Positions 10,101 to 22,100 of a DNA stretch of 64,000 nucleotides are shown piece after piece; position 1 is the stretch's first letter, and each line of letters opens with the position of its first letter. The notes beneath the pieces were generated by a model that saw only the letters and a list, made by a program, of their open reading frames with translations, did not search any database and was not told the origin of the DNA. Source of the DNA: Pirellulaceae bacterium (GTDB lineage Bacteria > Planctomycetota > Planctomycetia > Pirellulales > Pirellulaceae); contig JBJLEF010000001.1 in NCBI GenBank assembly GCA_045565995.1, positions 1,590,182 through 1,654,181 of the forward strand. The letters are read 5' to 3'. The position numbers and the translations under genes were made by a program.

Positions 10101-13100
10101 GCATTAAAAGCTCAATTCCTTGGTGAATTGGCACCAAATCAAAAGGCTGGTGACGATAATCGACGGCTGGGATTTGAAGTCTCAGGTTTCTTAGCGAATC
10201 CGGACGACGTGGACGTCTTCAGTTTTGAAGCGGAAGCCGGCACGGAAGTCTATATCGACATCGATAAAACCACCCATGCCCTTGATGCTGTATTGGAATT
10301 GCTCGACAGTAATGACCGTGTATTGGTCCGGTCTACCAATTCCTTAGCAGAATCCAATGAAAATGCAGCTTTGGCTGTAGATTCCTCCATGCAGGATAAA
10401 GCCCGCGTTTTGCATCAAGCCGACTCGCCATTCGCCGGGAAGGACTACTGGGCAATCAACCCGCGTGATCCTGGAATGCGAATTCAGCTTCCTGGTCCTG
10501 TTGGAACAAGAAATACTTACCACGTGCGTGTACGCAGTAATACCACTGATGGATTTATCGATGCCTTGCCGATTGGATCCAGCGGATTAACCTCAGGTGC
10601 TTATCAGATGCAAATCCGGCTTGAAGAGCTGGACGAAGTGCCGGGTTCGATGATTCAGTATGCATCGATTGGTTATGCCACTACGGGGATTACCGTCGTG
10701 GGACAGCCAGCTCACTCCTTCCTATCCGGCGAAAATACGGAAGTTGAAACCACTCACCTGCAGAATGATTCCCGTAGCACGGCTCAGTCCATTGGAAATG
10801 TCTTGCAATCCGAACGTGGTGCAATAAGCGTCGCTGGTTATATGCATCCAAACCTTACGGGGAATTCGACCGATTGGGATGAAGACTACTACCGATTTGA
10901 AGTAGCCGCCCAAGAGTTGCGAGGCAGTGAAGTTAATACCTGGCCTGTGGTCATTGACCTCGATTGGGCTGATGGCTTAGGACGGGCGAATCTGAATCTC
11001 GGAATCTACGACGAATCAGGTACTTTGATTTACTGGAGCACGGATTCAAATGTAGCGGACGATCGTCCTCGTCCAAATGTTGACAATCAGGTGGAAGACC
11101 TATCTCGCGGTTCGGTTGGAACTGGTGATCCGCTGATCGGACCGATTAGTCTTTTGCCAGGCGTGTATTATGCTGTTGTTTCGATTGAAGGCCATACTCC
11201 TGATTTTGGCTCAACGACGCAATTAGAACCGGTCAATTCACTTATTCGTATAGCTGAGGATCGTATTGAATCCACAGGTACGCAATCGCATCTCGCCAAT
11301 TCGGGTGACCCATTTGATGGTCACTGGCCCGGACAACAGGGTGGTGATGATGTGGTTCTCAGATATCCTGATGGTACCATTCGTAATGTTCGGACCTTCG
11401 AAGAAGCAGAGCAGCCTGTTTTGTGGAACGAACAGTCGGTGATTCCGTGGACACTGAGCGACGTTAGCCTGATTGTTGCCACGAATGACCGGATGGCAAT
11501 GTATGATCCGTTTACTGGTAGGGAGAGGGTTTTCTACGGGGATGATGTTCATTTTGGTGACGACAACAGAATAGGAGATATCGGGCGGCAATTCGATGGA
11601 ACGGTACATGCATTTTCATCGGCGTTCCTCCCAGTACCAGGTAATGGTTGTGCACCAAGGGATGATAATAATCGGTATCTGGAATTGAATACCGAAATTG
11701 GAAACGCGACAGTTGTTGGTGCAACCGGAATACAAACATTTGAATTAGATCCAGCCAATCCTGATGCTTACAAGCGAGCCAATAATTGTGAGAACGTAGA
11801 TATTGGATACGGTGTTGATATTGAGGCGATGTACTATGGTACGATTAGCCGCCCCCACTCGAATGATCGTTCCTCTGACGATAACTCAAATTCTCCGTCA
11901 GAGCGTCTGTTGGTGGTAGGTAACCGTAATGACCAACTGGTTCAGCAGAACGGTGTGGACTGGAAGACGAATTTGGTTTTGGAATTAGACCCAACGACTG
12001 GAGCAGTTCGTCATACAGGGACTAAAGATCCCGATTTAAATCCTAATGAACACGAAGCTTCTTTAAACGCCTGGGCTGTTGGTAGAATTTTGACAGGTCC
12101 GGAGCTTTCAACAGTGAGTTTTGGCAATCCATTTGGGGCGGCGACGACAACTAATCCGATCAATTTTTCGACGGTTTGGCAAATCACCGATGGGAGCCTC
12201 TTTGAAATTAATGATGGATTCCAGACAACTACATTCGAATTCGATTTTGGGCCAGAGGTTCTACAAGATCTGAACGCCCCGACTGATGCACCTCCACCGG
12301 ATCCATCGAAGGTGATGAAGGATGGTTACTTTTTCGTATTGGATTCAGATTCCAATACGGTTGATGATGAACAAGTCTTCCAATTTGATACGGGAAGCGT
12401 TATCACCTTCACTGAAAATGGTGATCAATTTAATGATGCAACAGTTATCACAATTAATGATGGTATTAGCGGTAAAGCATTTGAGTTTGAAGATACGACG
12501 GCAGCGACACCGGATGGGCTGTCCGATCCGAACGCACAGCAGGTTAATTTTGGTTCTGGTACAAGTGCATTTGGGCTTGCTGCTGAATTAGCGCGTCTGA
12601 TCAATGCTAATAATGATACGGTAATCGTCGCGGAGGCAGTTGGTAACCGTGTCACGCTGATAGATGACAATTCGATCCAAATTACCAACAGTGAAGACCC
12701 TGTTGTGGGTGTCCGACTCGAAGGTGGTGGTGGTGCCGCACCTATTCTGCACATCAAAGATCCATCATTGTTGGTTGATGGTAATACCTTTAGCGTGATG
12801 GAAACTGTATCGAATACGCCGATCATTTTTGAATTCAATAACCTTGCTGTTGGGGGTGGCGTGACGGCCGGTAATATTCAGGTTGATTTCAATGTGACGG
12901 ATACACGACAACAAGTAGCGCAGGCGGTGGCAGCGGCAGTAAGTGGCTCGACTGCTAATACAGGGCTTACTGCACACGTAGGAAATGACCGGGTGGCGAT
13001 TAATGGTCCAATGATTGATATTGGTACTCTAGTCGCTGCTCCAACAGCAGCTAGTCTCGCACTCCCGAGCGTCATTACGGTAGAAGAGAACTTTGATCGC

Positions 13101-16100
13101 GATCAGATAGGTACTGCGGTGCAATCAACGGTGTCGGTCTTTCCAGGGTTTGACGTTGGGTTTTATGAAGATCGTATCAACTTCCTTGGTCCCGAGGTGG
13201 GGGATTTTTCGGGAGTTGCTCCACGATGGCTTGACCTCGCAACCGAAGGTGGTACATCTGATCCTCAGCATATACGAATTGGGTTGTTAGCTCACGATCA
13301 GGGATCTGATTATGCTGATCCATTTGACCCCAATAATCCTCCCGGAACACTAGATGGTATTGCTTCGAAAATAGCAGATGCAATTAATGCCAATTACAAT
13401 CAAGATTTTCCAAATCCAAATCCAAGTCAGACTGTTTCGGCGACGGCAAATGGTGCTGAAGTTTCGGTGATTGGAGGACAGATTAGTACTCCACCAGGGT
13501 CTCCGATATCCGCAGACGGGGCGGGGCCAGGCGGTACTATTCGTGGTTTGACAGCCATCAAGACGGCCACTGGTCGTACGGAGCAATTGTTTGCCGTGAG
13601 TGACGAGGGAGGGCTTTACGAAGTTACAGTCGACCTTCGTGATAACAACCGCCTTAACGTTGAAACGGAATTTGTTGTGTCGTCGACGGCTGATCTAAAT
13701 GGGATCAATTTCACCGGTCTGACTGTCGGTCCACAGAATGTTGAAGATGGAAGATATGCAGATTTGCTTTTTGGTATCGACGAAGAGGGAAGTGTTTTTG
13801 CGTTTGATACCTCAGGTGAACTCCAACCAGTCTTTGGTGATGGTGCTCCTGTACTAGAGCTTTTCGGCTCAATGATGAATCCTACAGTGACACAAACACT
13901 AAGGCCGATTGTTGATGCCAGTGGGATTGTTGATGACGACACATTTAGCGTTCATGGTGAAATTTTCCAATTAGAGAAATCTGGAGTTGATCCGGAGAAT
14001 GGAAATGTCTGGGTTGATATTAGTGGATTTTTTGGTTTTCCACTCGACCCCGTAGGCATTGGGATTGCAATTGCTACTGCAATCAATAACCACCCCTTCC
14101 CCGCAGGTATAGATGTTGGTGCGACAGTTGATTTTAATGGTGATGTCATAATATTTGGCGATGGGTTAGGTGCAGGTGCTGTGGATGCAAGCAGTACTGC
14201 CGGTATCCTGCATCTTTTACCAGATTTGGTGGCCGAGTTTCCGCCGGTCGGTTTGGTCTTTAGTAATCTGGACACTAACCTATTCTGGAACCAGCATTCT
14301 GCAGACGATTCGTCTACTCAGCAAAATGAAACTGACAGATATTCCACTCAAGTTCGTGCTTACTGCGAAGCAGATGATTCGTGGGATAATGTGCACACAA
14401 CAACGGTTATATGCCCAGATCCTGGGGGACCTCTGCAGCTTGAGATTGATAAGAGGCAGCATGATCAGGGGCACGGTATTCCTCCTTCACCGGACGGTAC
14501 TCGGATTGACTACGTCGCGGGGCATTCGAGTCTCCACTTTGGACGTGGGAATGTAGATGGAGATCCTAGATCCTATGATTACATTGGCGGGGCCTATGGA
14601 TCCATGGTTAGTAATGAGTTCTCATTAGCGGGCCGATCGGCAGCAGATAAGCCGATGCTATACTTCAATTATTTCAAGGATAGTGATGCGGCTAGCGTTT
14701 CAATTTCAGACAACGGTGGCGGTTGGGTCACAGTCGCCGGTTTAGGTAATACGGGAGGCGTGTGGGATCAGCAGCGAGTGGATTTAAGTTCTTTTGCCGG
14801 TGCTGAGCATCTTCGACTTAAAGTTGATTTTACCACCGGTAAACGCCAGTCAGGAGATGAGTTACGCGCGATTGAAGGGCAATATATTCGAGATGGGGAA
14901 ACGTTCGTAATTGATAATCAGACCTTTGAGTTTGAAACGGGAATTTCGTTTGTATTTCCATCCGGCGGAACGATGGTTGAAAACTCAACTATTGAGTTGA
15001 CCGACGAAAATGATATCACAACAGTCTTTGAATTTGTTCTGGATATTGCCAATGTTACCACCGGTGATCAGCCTGTCCTCGTGAGTTCAAGTGACAGTGC
15101 CTCCGAAATCGCAACTCGATTCTCTAATGCTTTGCAACTGGAGGGATATGTAACTCATGTTAATAACGAGCGAGTCAATATCCCTGTTAATCGATTAGGT
15201 ACGGGACCGACATTCGTAGTTACAGATGTTAATACTGGACCAATGCTAGAAGGACAGTTGGGACTGAATGTGGATGGTAATACTGGTTTGCCTATTAATG
15301 TCAATGCGGTCCCCGTCTATGTCCACGAAGGGATGGATAGGATTCAAGTTGCTAATGAGCTTGATGTTTCATTGGAAACCGCCTTCTATGCTCCAGTAAT
15401 CGTCACGGAATCAGGTAATGAATTCAGTGATGGGGAAACGTTTACACTTTCCGATGGGGTAGTTGATCCAGCTACCAACTTGGCTTCGCGTCGGGTGTAT
15501 GAGTTTGATACTGGAGTCTTGATAGCTATCCCTGTCGCTGGAGGAGCAAGTGTTGCCGATGGGGAAACAATCACATTTACAAATAGTGCCACTGGCGATG
15601 ATTTGACGTTTGAATTCGAAGATATTGATGTCGCCGATGGTATTGCTGCGGGAAATATCGAAATCGATTATCAGGCTAGTGATTTAATGATATCGTTAGC
15701 GCAGAAGTTCGTTGATGTGGTTAATGCGAACGGCGCACTCATGGGATTGAATGCTCAGGTGATCGATGGCAATCGAGTTCAAATTCATTCGACTCTGGAT
15801 ACTGTTACAGCCACCTCTGGCACATTTGGAATTGATGCTAATAGCACCCCAGGAGTAGGGTTGGATATTGAAATTCAAGCTAGTGGTACGGATATTACAG
15901 ATCAGGATACGTTGACCTTAACGGTACCGGGATTCCCAACAGATACGGCGGTCATTTTTGAATTCAATGACCTTGCTGTTGGTGGTGGCGTGACGTCCCC
16001 AAATATTCAGGTTGATTTCGATGTGACGGATACGCCGGCTGAAATTGCTACAGCCCTTGGTGACGCCATGGTTGGGTTGTTCGCTGGAGTCAACGTAACG

Positions 16101-19100
16101 GAACATTTCGTAGGTCTGGATAATAATGCTGGCGTCTTTGGCGCTACTGCTGTTGGCGGAATTACCATTCGAGACCGCGAAACTATTCGAGTGATTCCAG
16201 GATCGATGATGACGGCGGCAGAGGTTGCGAATGTCGTCGCCGATGGGATTAACCTGACAACTAACCAGAATATTCAGGCCGGGATCGGAGATGCGCAGCG
16301 GATGGTTGTTCTGCAGCACACATCCTTGTTGTCGTCATTCATAGCCTTTAGTGAGAATGCTGGTCAGGCAGTAAAACTCCAATTAGAAACAATCAATGAT
16401 GTGGTCGGCAATGATAGTGTCAAACAACATGGCGATCTACTTCGCATTATCGGGCATGCTGTCGCGGATGCGGGTCCCCTCGGTTTGTTTAATAACGCAT
16501 CTGACTTTGGTGTTGCTAAGCTCCAGAATAACGACCATGAAGGCTTCTACATCGATGACTTTGTCATAGGTTACGCGGAACGCGGTGAAATGATAACGGC
16601 ATTTGATGGAGATGATAACTACGATGGAGATCCCATTGGAGCTTCCCTTGGTGCTTATCAACTGGAGATTCGTCGAGCTTCGGAATATGTCAGTGGAAAC
16701 TTATTTCAACAGACATTTGATACTAATGATCGTCATACATCAGCCTTCCGCATCATAGCTCAGGATGGGGCGGATATAGCGGACGGTGATATCTTCACCC
16801 TGACTGACGGGATGCGTCAGGTTAACTTTGAATTCAGTGATGAAGATAACAGTAACGGAGTAACGCCGGGCAATTTTGAGGTTCCATTCAATTCGGAGCA
16901 ATTAGCCTGGGAAGTTGCTATTTCTATTCGTGATACGATTAATCGCTCTGAAGTACGAGCAGTTTTGGACGTCACGGCCGCTCTAAGTGATGGAACTGAT
17001 GGCACTCGTTTCCCAGATGACGGAGATGGTGACGATCGTGATGACTTAAGAATCGATATTGATCTGTTCGATTTCCCAAATATTCTTTCTTCTAATTTAG
17101 TAGATCTTCACGGAGATGCTTACATTCTTGGTGATGTCAGTTTACGCACTTTTAATCCAGTTTTTCAGCCGGCGGCCGAGCCTAACGATATTCTGTCCCA
17201 GGCAGTGGATACTGGAATCAACGGTCCTCAATCTGCGACATTTGAAGCCACCGGGGCTATTGGAGACAATCAGGATTTGAGTGCGCAACTTGGTAGAGAT
17301 GCTGACCTCTTTCGAATTCAGCTCAATACTGGTGATGAAGTTGATATTCGAGTGGATGCAGCAGCGGGCTCGCTCTTGGATCCCGTTCTTAGCTTCTATG
17401 ATGCCGTCGGTAGTGAATTGGTTGGTGCGCGAGTGGACGCATCGGCAAACGGAGTTGCCGAAATAACTACATTTACTGCTCCGATCGGCGGAACGTTTTA
17501 CATCGGAGTCTCAGGATTCCCAACGGGTGAAAGTAAACCACTCGGTGCTGGCGTAACTTTAATTGATACAGACGATGGTGCCGATACTCCAGTATCCAAT
17601 AATACAGGCTTTTATAGTATCCAAATTTCGACTGGTGCCTTATCTATTGAGGACAGTGCTGCGGTCTTCCAGTTTGTCGAATTCCCAAATGGTATTCTTA
17701 ATACGGGGAGTCAAGTTCGTGGAGATTCTAACCTTCCACGTGAGCAAGGGCAAATCCTGCTGCAAGGAAACCGCATCACTAATTCCCAAACTTACGGTAT
17801 TCATATCGAGGGTGGTAATCGGGTTGCACTAGACGGTAATGCGCCTCATCAGGGTGCTGTTCGACATTTAGATGAACTGAATAATGAAGGACTGGTTCCT
17901 GGTGTGACAGTTATAAATAATCTAATTACTTATAGTGGATCAGGTGGTATTCGATTTAGTGGTGATACCAATGGAGCAGGACTGCCGACTGCTCCAGTTC
18001 CGTTCGGCCGAATAGTCAATAATACAATCGTCGGCATTGGCGGTACGATCATGACTGAGTTTGACGGAAATGATATCGGTATTCAGGTTGACCAAAATGC
18101 TAGCCCAACCTTGTTAAACAATATTATTGCCAATACTGCCCAAGGTATTAATGTTGATCCATCGTCGAATACAACTGTTGTTGGTGGGACGCTTTATCAA
18201 GGGAATCTGTCAAATACTAACTACAGTGGTGAAGATTTCGCTATTTCATTGACTGATATGGACCCGCTTTTTGTTGATCCACGATTCGGTGTGAACAACT
18301 TTTATTTAGATCCTGGTACGCCAGAGAATCCAAACCGCGCGATCGATAGTTCCGTTAGTTCACTGGCCGAACGATTTGAGTTCAATTTAGTGAAAGAGCC
18401 TATCGGATTGGCGCCTTCACCGATTATTGCACCAGTACGCGACGTGACCGGTCAGCTGCGTGTGGATGATCCCTCAGTTGAACCACCAAACGGGCTAGGG
18501 ACTAACGTTTTTATTGATCGTGGTGCAATTGATAGAGCTGATTTTTCGGGTCCAACAGCCGCTCTGATTAACCCGAGGGATAATGATGCAGATGGAGTGG
18601 ATGAGAATTCCGGTCATACGGTTGTTAATCTGGGTGCGAATGCAGTCGTTTCAAGCTTTGAAATCCGACTCAATGACGGTCTAGAGCCCGCGGATCCGAA
18701 TGAAGGAGTTGGTATAGCCGACAACACGGTTACAACCGAAACGGTAGTCTTACGCCAAAATGGTGAACTCCTGTACGACGGCATCGATTACTCATTCAGC
18801 TATAACGAAACAAGTGATACTGTACGCCTAACACCATTGTCAGGAATCTGGACGCCGGATCGTATTTACACAATTGAGTTAGCCAATACCGACCACTGGA
18901 AACTTGTTTCCGAATCGGGTGTTAATATTAATGACGGTGATATATTCAAGATCCTCGATCTCGACGGTAATGAAGCAGATTTCGAGTTTGAACGAGGCTA
19001 TTCGTTGTCCGTTCCACAGACTCTGGAATTACAGATTCCTGAAGAGGCTGGTGGACTTGGTGGCATTGTTGACGGTGAAGTCTTTTCACTGCGAATCGGT

Positions 19101-22100
19101 ACCAATGCTCCTGTAGTTTTTGAGTTTGATCGCGATGCTGATGTAACTGCCGGACGTACTCCGATCCTCTACACCGTGAATAGTACGCTCGATGAAATTG
19201 CGGATGGAATTGTTGCAGCTGTTTCTAATGCCGGAGTTGGAGCAAATCCGGTTAACCTTGGCGACGGTAGAATTCACGTTGGCTCAAATGTTCTTCACAC
19301 CCTCGATACCAGCCTTACCAGCTTGACCCAAACGGGTATTGCCGGGGGTGTCGCTGATGGTGATTACTTTACCATCGATGATGGTAGTAAAATCATCACG
19401 TTCGAATTTGAAAATACCGAAGTTGGCGACGGGCCGCTTGTGGCTGATCCGATCGCGGGTGATGTTGTAATTCAATTTACTACCGAGAAAACTCATATCG
19501 AACTTGCTCAGCTTATTTCCGACTCGATCAATGCAGAAGATCTTAATTTAGATACCGCGACACTGACAGGTGGTATTGTTCATATTGGCGGCACCATGAG
19601 CCACCTATTAAACTCAGCAAATAGTAATCTGTTGCAGCAAGGTGCTCCCGGAGTTCGACCTGAATTCGGAATTCGGATTCCTACCACAGCTGGACAGATT
19701 GCCGGCCTAGATGATGGTGAGACATTTGTCGTGCAGTATGGCTCAAGTGCACCAGTCACCTTTGAATTGAATAATCTCGATGTGGATCCTAGTGTGACGC
19801 TTGGTAACACTAGGATTGACTACAATAATTCAACAACAGTAAATCAGTTGGCGCAGGAAATCGTCATTGCTCTAAAGGGTTCTGGATTGAATTTGGATCC
19901 AGAGATTGTGCCGGGTACCTCCCTGATATCCTTCGGGGCTCGTCCGCAGCACTCACTGGATGTTTCGAATACAGCATTGATCAAAGTAGGGGATCCGAGT
20001 AAAGCTGCGGCGATACCGGTTAATATCCTGCCGCTGGATTCGTTTGATGGAGCTCAAACAGCCGTTCAGATTATCAAAGCAATTCGCTCTGATCAGTCTC
20101 AGGAACAACTCGATGGTATTATTGCTATGCCAACTGGTGCGAATCAGCTGATGGTCACTGGTGCGTTGAATGTCTCAACATTCAGCGATGCATTCCTACC
20201 CGATGATTGGTCTGTTCAGACTCCGCGTGAAATCAAAGAGATAGAAGATTTGGCTACCAATCCACTCAAACCCAATCAGCTTTCCGGCGAAACGATGTAT
20301 ACCATTCAATTGGGAACAGTGGATTACGATATGGGTGATGCTCCTGACGGAAATGGTGTGGCGCCCCAGAATGCCTATCCCACGGTCAGTGGCCACAATC
20401 CAGCGATTCACGTGTCTGGTTCCACCATCTTTCTGGGCGAAAGGGTAGATCCCGATAATGATGGTCAGCCGATTATCGAAGATGATCACGACGGCGATGG
20501 TTATCAAATTGACACTTCGACCGCCGTTGGTATTACGACAGATAGTCCCACAAGCGAAACCCCGACTAATCTGGTCATTTCGAGCGTTGATGTTCTGACC
20601 GTCACGGTCGATGGAAATGGAATTGTCGATGACGACATCCTGGTTGTCGGAAATACGAATTTCCAGCTCGAAACATCCGGTCTTGACCCGGGCAATGGAA
20701 ATGTCTTTGTAGATATTATTCCCGGTACGGACAGCATTAATAATATTGCCGATAAGATTGCGACGGCAATTAATGGCGAAGCAATTGCTGGTGTCAATGC
20801 CACTGCCGTTGGTGCTGATGTTCAAATTACGTCGACTGAGGGCACAGTGGTTGATGCCGATGCGGCTACTGGGATTGATGCAGCAGCACAGCGAGCACAT
20901 GCGGTAGATGGTGAAACCTTTACTATTACGGGTAATGGCAACGACTATACCGTTGAACTTGATAGTGATGGCACCATCATTAATGGAAATATTCAGGCTA
21001 GCTTCGGTGTCGTTGACAGTGCAGATGATCTTGCCGCAACAATCACACAAGCGTTGATCAATGCCAATATTCCTCTAAATCTTAATCCAATTGCCCGAAC
21101 GAATGGTCGCATTGAAATTACCGGCGATGATGCTGATGGCGTGAGCGGTCCTGGTGGCACAGCTATTGGCTTCTTTAACCCGTATGTCTTCACGGAATTA
21201 GTTGTCACGGCATCGCAGGATAGCTTGCTTGATGCCTGGGTTGACTATAACCGTGACGGTGACTGGGATGATCCAAATGAGCAGGTAGCAGCCGCAATGC
21301 AGTTGACTGCGGGTGAAAATGAATTGAGTGTTAAAGCTCCACTGGAGCCAGATTCAGTCCCAGGCCAGACGTTCGCTCGATTCCGAATTAGTGATGTTGG
21401 TGGTTTGCGACCAACTGGCCTCACAACTAACGGCGAAATCGAAGATTACCAAATTGAGATTGTGGATGGCCGACCACCTGAAGCGATCAATGACCCATCC
21501 GTAGCGACTGCTGGATTCGCAACTACGGAAGATGTTGTATTGCCGGTTGGCGCCGTTGATCCAAGTGTGCTCGATAACGATACAGATGCCAATAACAACG
21601 ACATTCGGGTAGATGAGTTCGATGTATTGAGTGCGAGGGGTGCGATCGTGACGGTCGACCAGAACTGGAAGAGTGCCGGAGCATCAAGTGGAACTTTCCA
21701 GTACGATCCGACTGCAGCAGTAGATATTCAGGAGTTACACGACGGTGAAGTTGTTGCCGATACATTCACCTACACCCTGATCGAAGATACGACAACTCCA
21801 AATAGCTTCGGGTTTAAGTCTCAGACTGCAGCCACGGTAACCATCACGTTGACAGGTGTGAACGACGCGCCGATTTCACAAGACATTCCACTGTCGGCCT
21901 TCGAAGATGGAATTGCGGTTACCGCCGACTTTGATGGTGATGACGTCGATAATGATGATGATTTTGATTCACTGACCTTCTCCATTGTAGATACTTTGTC
22001 AGCCGGCGAGGGTACTGTTGCTAATAACGGTGACGGAACATTTACTTTTGTACCAGGCAGCGACTTCCAGGAACTTGCTCAGGACCAAGAGTTTGACGTT

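Noticed and set aside
20196-21050. 284-aa antisense ORF (and many 60-140-aa antisense ORFs, e.g. 12425..12838 and 23040..23582) inside the giant gene
   Set aside because: They lie entirely within a long, motif-rich sense ORF. Their translations are low-complexity (I/N/R/G rich) with no motifs. They are typical shadow ORFs.
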